Below, one piece after another: positions 19,420-29,144 of a stretch of 64,000 bases of DNA. The stretch's first letter is position 1, and every line of letters begins with the position of its first letter. Origin of the DNA: Kiritimatiellia bacterium (GTDB taxonomy: Bacteria > Verrucomicrobiota > Kiritimatiellia > RFP12 > DVOR01); NCBI GenBank assembly GCA_031553315.1, contig JAVBLT010000020.1:20856-84855 (forward strand). Reading direction: 5' to 3'. Under the pieces are notes generated by a model. It was not told the origin of the DNA. It was given only the letters and a program-made list of their open reading frames with translations, and did no database searches. The translations under genes and the position numbers were made by a program.

Positions 19420-21300
19420 ATGAATGGATTTTACCGCATCGCCGCCGCCTCGCCGCGCCTCGCCGTGGCCGACCCGCATTTCAACGCCGCTCAAATCGCG
19501 GCGTGTTCCAAAGAGGCCGCAGCCCAAGGCGCCCACGCGGTGGTCTTCCCCGAGCTCGCGCTCACCGGCAGCACCTGCGGCGACCTCTTCGGCAACCGGG
19601 CGCTTGAAGAAGCCGCCTTTCAAGCCATTGACTGCCTCTGCCGCGAAACCGCCGCCCTTTCATCCGGCACGCTTCTCGCCGTGGGCGCCCCGCTTCGCGA
19701 AGGTTCGCGCCTTTTCAACTGCGTGCTGGCGATTCAAAACGGCCGCGTCATCGGCGTGGTTCCAAAAGCTTGCCCAACGGGGCTTTTTTCTCCCGCCGCG
19801 CAGCGTCAGCACGATTTCATCGGCATCAACGGCGTGAAAATTCCCTTCGGCGAGGATGTGCTCTTCGAGCTCGCGCCCAAAGAAGGTTCCGCTTTGCGGG
19901 TGGGCATCGAAATCGGCAGCGACCGCCTCGCGCTCATTCCGCCCTCGGCCGGGCTCGCGGCGAACGGCGCGCACCTGATCCTCAACCCCGCCGCCGAGGG
20001 GGAGACGATGACTGGGGCTGAGATCCGCCGCGAGGGTGTGCGCATACAAAGCCGCCACCTTTTCTGCTGCTACGCCCACGCGGGGGCCGGTGTGTGGGAA
20101 TCGACCGACACGGCGGCATGCAGCGGGCACCTCCTCATTGCCGTGGATGGGCGCCTGCTCGGCGAAAACCCCCGTTTCGAGCGCGGCGGCGCCTGCATCT
20201 ACGCTGATTTCGCCCCCGATTGGATCGACCGCCTCCGCCGGGCCGCTCCCGCATTCAACGCCTCCCCGCGGCCCTTTAAAGCCCGGATCATTGAGTGCGA
20301 GCCCCCCGCGATCCCTTTCGCCGATCTTGCCCGCGCCGGTCTCTCCTGCGCGCCTTTCACAGCCCTCGACCCCGCCATTCTCCGCGAACGCTGCCGGGAA
20401 ATCTTCCGCATTCAGGCCGCGGGCCTCGCCAAACGCTTCCTCCACACCGGCAGCCGGCGCCTCGTGCTCGGTCTCTCCGGCGGGCTCGACTCCACGCTCG
20501 CCCTCCTCGCCTGCCTTGAAATGTGCGAAGCGCTCGCTCTGCCGGCCGCCACCGTTCTGGGCATCACCATGCCCGGTTTCGGCACCTCAGGGCGCACCCG
20601 GGCCAATGTGGACGCCCTCGCCGCCGAAACCGGCATTGAGCTGCGCGCCATTCCCATCGCCGATGCCGTGAGCGCCCACTTCGCCGACATCGGCCACGAC
20701 CCCGCCAGGCTCGACGCGGTCTTCGAAAACGCCCAGGCCCGCGAACGCACCCAGATCCTCATGGATGTGGCCAACGGCTGCGGCGGCATCGTCGTCGGCA
20801 CCGGCGACCTCTCGGAGGGCGCCCTGGGCTGGTGCACCTTCAACGGCGACCACATGGCCATGTACGGCGTCAACGGCGGCGTGCCCAAAACGCTCATGCC
20901 CGCCCTCATCGAAACCTGGGCCGAAAGCGCCGCGCCCGCCCTCGCCGCCGTGTTGCGCGACATTGCCGACACCCCCGTTTCCCCCGAGCTCCTCCCCGGC
21001 GAACAGCATACCGAGACCATCGTGGGCCACTACGCCTTGCACGACTTCTTTCTTTACTACTTCATCCGTTTCGGCCTGGGCCGCGCCGACCTCCTCGACC
21101 TCGCCCGCGCCCTCCTTCACGACCGCTACGACGACGCCACCCTCGCCCGCACGTGCGACATCTTCCTCACCCGCTTCGTGACCCAGCAATTCAAGCGCAA
21201 CTCGCTCCCCGACGGCCCCGCCGTCGGCTCCATCTCCCTCACTCCGCGCGACGGCTGGAAAATGCCCGCCGACGCCTCCCCCGCGCTCTTCCGGGAATAA
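19420..21300 (+). CDS. nadE: NAD(+) synthetase, two-domain (nitrilase-like plus synthetase)
   Basis: VVFPEL nitrilase-fold N-domain; LGLSGGLDS, ENAQARERT, GTGDLSE, GDHM and QQFKR motifs. Confidence 0.9.
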   Translation: MNGFYRIAAASPRLAVADPHFNAAQIAACSKEAAAQGAHAVVFPELALTGSTCGDLFGNRALEEAAFQAIDCLCRETAALSSGTLLAVGAPLREGSRLFNCVLAIQNGRVIGVVPKACPTGLFSPAAQRQHDFIGINGVKIPFGEDVLFELAPKEGSALRVGIEIGSDRLALIPPSAGLAANGAHLILNPAAEGETMTGAEIRREGVRIQSRHLFCCYAHAGAGVWESTDTAACSGHLLIAVDGRLLGENPRFERGGACIYADFAPDWIDRLRRAAPAFNASPRPFKARIIECEPPAIPFADLARAGLSCAPFTALDPAILRERCREIFRIQAAGLAKRFLHTGSRRLVLGLSGGLDSTLALLACLEMCEALALPAATVLGITMPGFGTSGRTRANVDALAAETGIELRAIPIADAVSAHFADIGHDPARLDAVFENAQARERTQILMDVANGCGGIVVGTGDLSEGALGWCTFNGDHMAMYGVNGGVPKTLMPALIETWAESAAPALAAVLRDIADTPVSPELLPGEQHTETIVGHYALHDFFLYYFIRFGLGRADLLDLARALLHDRYDDATLARTCDIFLTRFVTQQFKRNSLPDGPAVGSISLTPRDGWKMPADASPALFRE

Positions 21301-21461
21301 CGTTGCTGTGAAAGCACCCTCTTCAAATACATCCGTTTTCCTCTTGATCGTTTTCTCAGCCGGGGCGGCGACAGCCCCCGCCCGACCGACCGCCGAAGCG
21401 CGGTATCCGGCACAACCGATTCAAAACTAAAAACATAATTTTAAAAAAACGCCCCAACGGG

Positions 21462-21490
21462 TTGACAATTCAAACAAAACGAGGTATTCT
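21462..21490 (+). promoter_or_regulatory. Sigma70 promoter
   Basis: TTGACA-17 nt-TATTCT preceded by an A-rich UP-like tract; GAGGAGG RBS downstream. Confidence 0.7.
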
Positions 21491-21526
21491 CGCCTTACTT
21501 TCACCACCTATGAGGAGGGAATTAAA

Positions 21527-22165
21527 ATGAGAAGAAATCTATTCCTATTGACGATTCTGCTTGCTTGCGCCGCGATTGCGGGCAATCAAACCATCACAAC
21601 CAACAGGGACTTTTCCGGCGACGGCTATGCGATCACCCCTGGAGGTTACGATGGCGAATACCTCGCCGGCACTTTGCGGCTCTACACCGATTCCTACGTG
21701 TCGTTTCAGCGTGAAGAGGAATTGGGCCGCGACTTCGGCTCCTGGACGGCCGACTCCATCACCTTCGGTTATTACACCATGAACAGCTGGGGCGCTCCCG
21801 AAACGATGATCGCCTGGCCGGGCGGCAGCGAATCCGGGTCTTTCGGCGAGCTGGCCGCCGGGTCTTTCCTCGGTTTCACCATTTCCAACGGTGAAACCAC
21901 CATCTACAGCGGCTTTCACACCCCAGGCATCCAGGGCGACAACTATGGCTACGCAACCGATGCTTATGTGCGCGACGGCATGCTCTACATCGGCTTCCTT
22001 GTCAACGGCTATTCGGGATCCACTCCCGAGGCCATCTACTACTCCGTGAACCTCGGGGTTCCTTCCACGCCCAACGGCCAGCCTCTGCCTGGCGTGTTGG
22101 CAAGCCTTGCCCTGGCCGGCGGCATCTTCGCCATCCGCCGTAAGCGGCTCTTAAGGAATCACTGA
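21527..22165 (+). CDS. Secreted protein with a PEP-CTERM-like sorting tail (GQPLP variant)
   Basis: Signal peptide; C-terminus NGQPLPG, then hydrophobic helix VLASLALAGGIFAI, then basic RRKR. Confidence 0.75.
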   Translation: MRRNLFLLTILLACAAIAGNQTITTNRDFSGDGYAITPGGYDGEYLAGTLRLYTDSYVSFQREEELGRDFGSWTADSITFGYYTMNSWGAPETMIAWPGGSESGSFGELAAGSFLGFTISNGETTIYSGFHTPGIQGDNYGYATDAYVRDGMLYIGFLVNGYSGSTPEAIYYSVNLGVPSTPNGQPLPGVLASLALAGGIFAIRRKRLLRNH

Positions 22166-22166
22166 T

Positions 22167-22328
22167 TGGAGCATGTTTCGATTGATCTTTCCGCTTTTTC
22201 TCGGTACTTTTTGTTTTTGACTTCACCCTTTCAGATCGCCGTAGCGTTGCTACGGCGATCTGAAAGCGTTTGTCAAAATCAAAAATCACCTTCGCAAAAT
22301 CCGGAAATCTCATTCGAAACCTGCTCTA
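22167..22328. repeat. MITE-like palindromic repeat, copy 1
   Basis: Termini TGGAGCA/TGCTCTA; central 18-bp perfect inverted repeat around gtt; near-identical to 50680-50842. Confidence 0.85.
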
Positions 22329-22357
22329 ACCCCGGAAATGAATCATTTGATTCCATT

Positions 22358-22387
22358 CTCACGCGGATTCACGCGTGAGTTTTTTTT
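22358..22387 (+). terminator. Intrinsic terminator
   Basis: ctcacgcg-gattca-cgcgtgag followed by a long T-run. Confidence 0.8.
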
Positions 22388-22412
22388 GATTACGGAAGAT
22401 TCGCCGGGGCGG

Positions 22413-23810
22413 TTATTCGGTTTGGCCGGTGATGAGGCGGCGGGGGTTTTCGCAGCAGATGTCGCGTAGGATGGAGCCCATCCAGGGGAGATCGTCGGGG
22501 AGGGATCCGGCGGTCATGCGGGCGGCGAATTCGGCGCAGAGGCGGCGGCGGAAAAGTTCGTGGCGGGTGAGATGGGCGAATGAGGTGGCGCAGGAAGGCG
22601 CGCCGACCCATTCGGTGAGGGCATGGAGGAGCCCGAGAAGGTCGAGCTGGGAAGCCAAAAGGCCGGGTATGCGGCCCATGGAGCCGGGTGTGCCCAAGGT
22701 GACGCGGCCTGCGGGAACGAAGGGGCTGATCGCATCGATCACGCTGGCGGCGGAGAGGGCGTCTTCGGGGTCGATGGGGGAAATGAGCGTTTGCGGGAGC
22801 GTGCCGGCGGCGTTTTGGCGCTGAAGCATGGAGAGGAGGGCCACGCTGAGGGCGTTTTCGGATCCGGTCACGTTTTCCATTGCGGGGGCGCGCAGGGTGT
22901 GGGCGCGCAAAAGAGCGAGGCCGCGCAGGCGACCGAAGCGGATGTGGCTGACCCAGTGGGCTTTGGAGGCCATCACGCCCAGGTCGTGAAGGAGCTCGGA
23001 GCGGAAGGCGGTCACTTCGTCGGCGGAGGCGGGCTGGCGGGCGTTGCGGATTTTGCGGATGACGGAATCGAGTGAAACGTGGTCGGGCGGTGTGCGGGGC
23101 ATGCCGAAAAGGGCCATGCGGCAATCGTTGATCACGCAGCCCTGGGCGGCGAAAACCGCCATGCGGCGCTCGAGGGCGGCGAGGAGGTCTTCGTAGGTGC
23201 GCACGGTGCGGCGGCTGCATTTTTCAAGGCGGTCGATCCAGGCGTTCCACCCTTTGAGGTCTTCGATTTCGAAGGCGGCGTCGGGCCGGAATGTGGGGAT
23301 GACCCACCCTGTGGCGGTTTGCTTGAGGCTGGTGAAATGTTTGAGGTCTTCGCACGGATCCATGGGAATGCAGAGGGTCTCCACATTGAAGCGGCGCAGG
23401 AGGCAGCGGGCGGTGAAGGCGGGGTCGGCCAGGCGCTCGGTGAGAATGGCGTTGATCTGGGGGGCGGTGCCGGGGGTGAGCTGCCGCATCACGCCGAAAA
23501 GGCGGGTGAGCTCAAGCTGGGAGGAGGCGAGCAAGGGGGAGCCGGCGAGGCGGGGGATGTGCGCGGAGAAGGCTTTGACGGAAAAATCGGGCTCTTTGCC
23601 GCCGGTGAGGAGGGCGCTTTTTTCAGGGTCGGGCTTGAGCCAAAAATCGCCGGGATTCGCCCAGCCGGAATCGGCGGCGAGCTCGGCGGGGGAGAGGAAC
23701 GCGCAGATGTCGACCACCGGCAAGGGCTCCACATATTCATGGTAGAGCGCGGCGGCGCGGGGCGAGGCGAGGAGGAAATCGGGGTTCATCCAGGTCTGAG
23801 AAGGGGTCAT
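22413..23810 (-). CDS. uxaC: Uronate (glucuronate) isomerase homolog, catalytically degenerate
   Basis: DFLL..LY...LPVVD, ELTRLFG, PTFRPD and RHELFRRRLC match the UxaC scaffold, but the metal and catalytic residues are substituted. Confidence 0.75.
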   Translation of the reverse strand: MTPSQTWMNPDFLLASPRAAALYHEYVEPLPVVDICAFLSPAELAADSGWANPGDFWLKPDPEKSALLTGGKEPDFSVKAFSAHIPRLAGSPLLASSQLELTRLFGVMRQLTPGTAPQINAILTERLADPAFTARCLLRRFNVETLCIPMDPCEDLKHFTSLKQTATGWVIPTFRPDAAFEIEDLKGWNAWIDRLEKCSRRTVRTYEDLLAALERRMAVFAAQGCVINDCRMALFGMPRTPPDHVSLDSVIRKIRNARQPASADEVTAFRSELLHDLGVMASKAHWVSHIRFGRLRGLALLRAHTLRAPAMENVTGSENALSVALLSMLQRQNAAGTLPQTLISPIDPEDALSAASVIDAISPFVPAGRVTLGTPGSMGRIPGLLASQLDLLGLLHALTEWVGAPSCATSFAHLTRHELFRRRLCAEFAARMTAGSLPDDLPWMGSILRDICCENPRRLITGQTE

Positions 23811-23822
23811 GGCGGTTTCTCC

Positions 23823-25787
23823 TTAGAGGCCGTAGCGTTGGCGGGTGAGGTCGCGGGGGAGCTCTTTAACGAAGCGGGAGGGTTTGAGGAAGAGCATGCC
23901 GCCGCCGGCTTTGAGGTTGCGGCGCTCGGGCACGCAGAGGGTGAGGCGGTCTTTGGCGCGGGTGAGGGCCACGTAGAAGAGGCGGCGTTCTTCGCTGTCG
24001 TCGCCGCCGGAAAGGGCTTTGGCGGAGGGGAACATTTCTTCGGCCATCCAGAGGACAATGACGATGGGCCACTCGAGGCCTTTGGCCTGGTGAACGGTGC
24101 TGAGGTGGACGGTGTCGCTGGAGGCTGTGTGGCCGGCGGGGGTGAAGTCGACATTGGTCATGAGGGCGACTTCGGCAAGGAATTCCTGGATGGGGCGGTC
24201 TTTGGGGATTTGGATGCCGAGCTCGCGGACGTCTTGTTCGCGGTCGTCGGCGTTGTCGTAGGCGCGGCGGAGGTAGTCGGTGTAGAAGGCCTGGAGGAAG
24301 CGGTCGACGAGCTCGCCGCCGTTGTTTTCGAGGTTGTCTTTCCAATACTCCTCGAAGAGGCCGTCGAGAATGTCGTAGGCGGGGAGGGCTTTTTTGGGGA
24401 TGAGGGCTTTGAGCTTGAGGCGCTGGGCGGGGTTGGAGGTGTCGAAGGCGCCGTCCATTTTCTCCCAGAGTTTTTCGGCGGTGCGTTGGCCGAGGGAGGG
24501 CAGGAGCTGGAGCAGGCGGAAGAAGGCAAAGAGATCGCCCCTGCCGGTGCACACGCGGAGGAAGGCGAGCATGTCTTTGGCATGGGCCTGTTCGAAAACG
24601 CCGACGCCGGAGGTAATCACGTAGGGCACGCGCAGGCGGCCGAGCGCCATCTGGAGCTCGATGGAGTGGAAGTGTGAACGGTAAAGGATGGCGACGTCGC
24701 GCAGGGAAAAGCCTTCGTCGAGGGCTTTGTTGATGTGGCGGATGACGCAAACGGCCTGTTCGTCGCCGTCGCGCAGGTAGACCACTTCGGGGCGGGGGCC
24801 GTCGTTGCGGGTCGGGCGGAGCTCTTTCTGGAACTGTTCGGGGTTTCCGGCGATGCAGGCGTTGGCGAGGGAAAGGATTTGGGGGCGGCTGCGGTAGTTG
24901 CGCTCAAGCTTGACCACGCGGCAATCGGGCCAACGCTCGGGAAAGCTCATGATGTTGCGGAAATCGGCGCCGCGCCAGGAGTAGATGCATTGGAAATCGT
25001 CGCCCACGGCCATGATGTTGCGGTGGCGGGCGGCGAGAAGATCCACGAGCTGGGCCTGAAGGCCGTTGGTGTCTTGGTATTCGTCGACGAGGACATGTTC
25101 GAAGCGCTCCTGATACACGGCCAGCACATCGGGAAAATCGCGGAGCACGCGCAGGGCGAACACGAGCAGGTCGTCGAAATCCATCAGGTTTTCGGTCTGC
25201 TTGCGCCGGGTGTAAAGCGAGGCGATGCGGGCGACGTCTTCGGGGGCGGCGGTATCGGCAAGGCCGAAGGTTTCGACCATGTCGGCCACGGGGCGCTGGC
25301 GGTTGGCGGCCTGGCTGACGACGCCGGCAATCACGTCTTTCTTCGGAAACTGCTTGCGGTTGGGAACCACTTCGACGATGCAGGTTTCGACGAGGGAATG
25401 GGCGTCGTCCTGATCCATGATGGTGAAGGATCGGGTGAAGCCGATCAGCTCCGCATGGCGCCGCAGAATGCGGTTGCACACATGGTGAAAGGTCCCGCTC
25501 CAGATGCCTTCGAGGTCGAGTGTGGCCACTTTGTTGGCGCGCTCGAGCATTTCCCGGGCGGCGCGGTTGGTGAAGGTGAGCAGTAGAATGTGCCAGGGCG
25601 CCACGCCGCGCTCAATCAGGTAAGCGACGCGGTGAACGAGGGTGCGGGTCTTGCCGGTGCCGGCGGCGGCCAGCACGAGGATGGGGCCGTCGGGCGCGGT
25701 GACGGCTTCGCACTGCTCGGGGTTGAGGATGGCGGCCCAGTCGGTCGGGGCCGGCGGGGCGGAATCGAAGGGGTCGTCGTCAAACAT
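23823..25787 (-). CDS. UvrD/PcrA-family ATP-dependent DNA helicase
   Basis: AAAGTGKT, TFTNRAAREM, VDEYQD, VGDDFQCIYSWRGA, TVHQAKGLE and EERRLFYVALTRA motifs. Confidence 0.95.
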   Translation of the reverse strand: MFDDDPFDSAPPAPTDWAAILNPEQCEAVTAPDGPILVLAAAGTGKTRTLVHRVAYLIERGVAPWHILLLTFTNRAAREMLERANKVATLDLEGIWSGTFHHVCNRILRRHAELIGFTRSFTIMDQDDAHSLVETCIVEVVPNRKQFPKKDVIAGVVSQAANRQRPVADMVETFGLADTAAPEDVARIASLYTRRKQTENLMDFDDLLVFALRVLRDFPDVLAVYQERFEHVLVDEYQDTNGLQAQLVDLLAARHRNIMAVGDDFQCIYSWRGADFRNIMSFPERWPDCRVVKLERNYRSRPQILSLANACIAGNPEQFQKELRPTRNDGPRPEVVYLRDGDEQAVCVIRHINKALDEGFSLRDVAILYRSHFHSIELQMALGRLRVPYVITSGVGVFEQAHAKDMLAFLRVCTGRGDLFAFFRLLQLLPSLGQRTAEKLWEKMDGAFDTSNPAQRLKLKALIPKKALPAYDILDGLFEEYWKDNLENNGGELVDRFLQAFYTDYLRRAYDNADDREQDVRELGIQIPKDRPIQEFLAEVALMTNVDFTPAGHTASSDTVHLSTVHQAKGLEWPIVIVLWMAEEMFPSAKALSGGDDSEERRLFYVALTRAKDRLTLCVPERRNLKAGGGMLFLKPSRFVKELPRDLTRQRYGL

Positions 25788-27138
25788 GGGTGGGGAGCTC
25801 CTGGTCGAGCACAGTTTGGGCGAGCGTTTTCCACTCGGCGAGCTCTTCGGGGGTGTGGGTTTCCATCAAAAGGCGCAGGTAGGGTTCGGTGTTGGAGGCG
25901 CGCACGTTGATCCAGCCCTTGGGCCACTCGAGGCGGATGCCGTCGAAATCAAACCGGGCGGCCGGTTCGCCTTCGCGCGCGATGAAGGCCTTGCTCAGCG
26001 CGCCGATCACGGCCGCTTTGTTTTCGATGCGGATGTTCATCTCGCCGGAATTGGCATACACGCGGACGGGGGCAAGGAGGTCGCTGAAGGTTTTGCCTTC
26101 GCGCCTGGCCTGGGCCACGGCGCCGAGCACAATGAGCGCCGCCCATTCGGCGGAGTCGCAATGGTAAAAGTCACGAAAATAGTAATGCCCGGCAAGCTCG
26201 CCGCCGCAAACGGCCTTTTCGGTGCGCAGGGCGATTTTGGCGTAGGCGTGGCCGACTTTCCCCATCACTGTGCGGGCGCCGAGGCGGTGAAGCTCTTCGA
26301 TGGCGCCGCGCGAGGTGCGGATGTCGTGAATGACCACGGGTGCCTGTTCATTCGGAATGAAATGCGAGGCGATCAGGGGAATGAGAAAATCGGGCTGCAC
26401 GAAAACGCCTCTTTCGTCGATAAACATCACGCGGTCGGCGTCGCCGTCGAAAATCACACCGATGTCGAGGCTGTTTTCTTTCACGGCGGTGATCATCTGG
26501 CGGCGGCTTTCCGGGTTGAGCGGGTTCGGGTCGTGGTGCGGGAAAGCGCCGTCGGGGATGTCGTTGAGGTAGATCGGCTGTTCGCCGAAGAGCTTTCGCG
26601 CGAGGAGGCCGGCCATGCCGTCGGAGCAATCGATCGCGAAGCGCAATCCCGAGAGGTCTGGTTTTTTGCCGAGAAGCCAGGCGATAAATTCGGGCAGGAG
26701 ATCCATTGCGCGCACTGAGCCCGATTTTTCCGCCGGCGGCGGAATCCGGTTTTCGCGGAGATCGGCTTCAATTTCGCTCAGCCCCGCGTCGTACCCCACA
26801 GGGAGGGCGCCGCGCCTGGAGATTTTAAGGCCGTTGTAGACCGGCGGGTTGTGGGAAGCCGTGACCTGCACGGAAGCGTCGTACCCGTGGCGGGCGGTGA
26901 AGAAGTAGACCATGGGTGTGGTGGAAAGCCCCATGTCGTCGACGTCCGCCCCGGCTTCCGTCAGGCCGCGCACCAGCGCATCGCGGATTTCGGGCGAGCT
27001 CAGGCGGGCGTCGCGCGCGACCAGCACGCGTTTCGCGGCAAGCTTCGCCGGAATGCACCGCCCGACCAGATAGGCGGTTTCCGCAGTCCACTCTTCCCCG
27101 TAAACGCCCCGGATATCATATGCTTTGAATACCGACAT
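25780..27138 (-). CDS. Phosphomannomutase/phosphoglucomutase
   Basis: FKAYDIRG, TASHNP, DGDADR, GELAGH and RASNTEP motifs. Confidence 0.93.
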   Translation of the reverse strand: MSVFKAYDIRGVYGEEWTAETAYLVGRCIPAKLAAKRVLVARDARLSSPEIRDALVRGLTEAGADVDDMGLSTTPMVYFFTARHGYDASVQVTASHNPPVYNGLKISRRGALPVGYDAGLSEIEADLRENRIPPPAEKSGSVRAMDLLPEFIAWLLGKKPDLSGLRFAIDCSDGMAGLLARKLFGEQPIYLNDIPDGAFPHHDPNPLNPESRRQMITAVKENSLDIGVIFDGDADRVMFIDERGVFVQPDFLIPLIASHFIPNEQAPVVIHDIRTSRGAIEELHRLGARTVMGKVGHAYAKIALRTEKAVCGGELAGHYYFRDFYHCDSAEWAALIVLGAVAQARREGKTFSDLLAPVRVYANSGEMNIRIENKAAVIGALSKAFIAREGEPAARFDFDGIRLEWPKGWINVRASNTEPYLRLLMETHTPEELAEWKTLAQTVLDQELPTHV

Positions 27139-27238
27139 TGCCCGCTCCTTTCATTCCTGCGACCAGTATAAAACAGTGAGCGTAAAAAAACAACTTCTTC
27201 CCGCCTTGGTGCGGCTTTCGATTGAAAAAGGCGTGTTC

Positions 27239-27403
27239 TGGAGCAAGTCTCAATTGAGCGTTCCTATTTTCTTCGGCGCTTTTCCTTTTTGAACATCACC
27301 CTTTTCAGGTTGTCGTAGCGCTGCTACGCTTCCCTTTCAAGGGTTCGTCAAAAAGGAAAATCGCTTTCATAAAATCAGGAATTCTCATTTGAAAATTGCT
27401 CTA
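27239..27403. repeat. MITE-like palindromic repeat, copy 2 (diverged)
   Basis: Termini TGGAGCA/TGCTCTA, central cgtagc-gct-gctacg, same internal layout as the other copies. Its end supplies the TAG stop of the 27401-29113 gene. Confidence 0.75.
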
Positions 27404-29113
27404 TTCGGCGTCGGGGTAAGCGCGGGCGAGGCGGCGGGTGGCGCACCAGTCTTTCATGAAGCGGATCCAGCCGATGGCGGCGCAGCCTTGGGCGCGGTTT
27501 TGGGCGCCGACGGCGAAGAGGGTGCGGACCATGTCCATCAGGGTTCCGTAGACGGTGGAAATCGGGGTCGCGGGATCCCAGATGTGGAGGGGCTGGCCGC
27601 TGCGGCCGGAGCCGTTGATTTCCATGATGCGCAGGTTGGCGCCGGCAAGGAGGTCTTCTTCGGTGGGGCAGCGCAGGTCGAGGCGGATCCAGCAGAGGCC
27701 GGAAACGCCGCCGAGGATGGCGTCGACGGTTTGGGCGAGGGCGGGGGTGACGCGGGTGCGGATGTCTTTGGAAATGGCTCCCTGGCCGTGGTTGCCGGTG
27801 AAGCTGATGGGGATGCGTTCGCCGGCGGGGATGACGGTGTCGAGCGCGGGCAGGTTCTTTTTGAAGAAGAGGGCGGCGATGCGGCGGGCGCGGTTGTTGT
27901 TGAGGATGAGCTGGCGGAGGGTGTGGAAACCGTCGCCAATCATGCAGGGGGTCTCGCGCAGGGCGAGGGAGATGATTTTTCCGGCGCGCTCGCCCGGTCT
28001 GCGGAGGTAGACGAGGCTGGCTTCGACGGGGTCTGTGAGGAGCTCCTGGATGAGGAGCGGCTGTTCGCGGGGATAGGCGCGGCAGTAGGCGAGGAGCTCG
28101 CTTTCGTTGCGGATGCGGCGAACGCCGGCGCCGGCGTAGGTGAGGTCGGGTTTGGCCACGAAGGGGTAGGTGATGCCGGCCGCGGCGCGGAGGCGGTCGG
28201 CTTCTTCGGCGCGCTCTTCGAAGGTGGCGTGGGGCATGGCGGGGAGGATGGCGGTTTGGGCGAACCATTTTTCGCGGATGCTTTGGGGGAAGAGGGCGTA
28301 TTCGGCGCTTTTGGATTCTTTGACGGCGCCTGAGGCGTAGAGGGCGGGGTTCACGCAAAGAGGCGCGCGGAGGCTGCGGGTGCGGAGGGCTTGCCAGAGG
28401 CCGTAGAGGGAAAGGGGAATGATGAAAAAGGCGGAGTGCCAGAACTCGTAGCCGGAGCAGGGGGTGTCGTCTTTCGGCAGGGGGTGGGGATCGGAGGCGT
28501 ATTTGCGGTCGATGTGGCGGGAGATGAGCCTGGTGGCGATCCAGTTGAGCGCCAGGAAGAGGAGGAAGACCCCGGCGATGAGGCTGATTGCGGTCGCGGG
28601 GTGGGTGCGCCAGAGCTGTTTCAGCCAGGCGACGGGGCGCTCAAGCACGTATTTTCCGGCGAAGACCACGAGGGTGGCCTGGACGACGGAGGAGAGGAGC
28701 GAGTAGAGGATGTAGCTGTGCAGGGGCACGCGGAGCATCCCGGCGGCGATGAGGGCGACGGTGCGGATGCCGGGGGTGAAGCGGATGATGAACATGGTCT
28801 TGCCGACGTGGCGGCTGAAGAAGTCTTCGAAGATGCGGATGTATTTGCGGTTGTTTTCGACCCATTTGAGCTTGTCGATGTAGCGCATGGCGAAGCGGCT
28901 GGGGGCGTAGATGATGATGTCGCCGGCGAAGACGCCGAAGGTCGCCGCCCAGAAGGCCACGCGGGGGAGCATGTCGCCCGAGGCCACGAGGCCGCTCATG
29001 ATCACGCAGACCACGTTTTCCACAATAAGGGTTCCGATTGCCGCGACCCAGCCTTGAAGCGTGGGGTGCTCGGAGAGCTGTTTGATTACTTCCTGCCAAA
29101 ATTCGTAACTCAT
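27401..29113 (-). CDS. DedA/VTT domain fused to an ATP-grasp (Ddl-like) domain
   Basis: N-terminal GDIIIY and RFTPGIR DedA motifs; C-terminal YPFVAKPD..GAGV, LIQE, RLDLR and MEING ATP-grasp motifs. Confidence 0.75.
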   Translation of the reverse strand: MSYEFWQEVIKQLSEHPTLQGWVAAIGTLIVENVVCVIMSGLVASGDMLPRVAFWAATFGVFAGDIIIYAPSRFAMRYIDKLKWVENNRKYIRIFEDFFSRHVGKTMFIIRFTPGIRTVALIAAGMLRVPLHSYILYSLLSSVVQATLVVFAGKYVLERPVAWLKQLWRTHPATAISLIAGVFLLFLALNWIATRLISRHIDRKYASDPHPLPKDDTPCSGYEFWHSAFFIIPLSLYGLWQALRTRSLRAPLCVNPALYASGAVKESKSAEYALFPQSIREKWFAQTAILPAMPHATFEERAEEADRLRAAAGITYPFVAKPDLTYAGAGVRRIRNESELLAYCRAYPREQPLLIQELLTDPVEASLVYLRRPGERAGKIISLALRETPCMIGDGFHTLRQLILNNNRARRIAALFFKKNLPALDTVIPAGERIPISFTGNHGQGAISKDIRTRVTPALAQTVDAILGGVSGLCWIRLDLRCPTEEDLLAGANLRIMEINGSGRSGQPLHIWDPATPISTVYGTLMDMVRTLFAVGAQNRAQGCAAIGWIRFMKDWCATRRLARAYPDAE

Positions 29114-29144
29114 CGCGCGCTCTCCGTTATGTCATGCAATCGTA

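Noticed and set aside
21361-21410. Two GC-rich mini-hairpins after nadE
   Set aside because: No T-tail, no second copy found and no recognisable riboswitch consensus; they lie upstream of the promoter of the next gene.
22166-22378. Small ORFs 22166-22378 and 50761-51036 with similar peptides
   Set aside because: They are translations of the MITE-like repeat copies; no RBS or coding signal.
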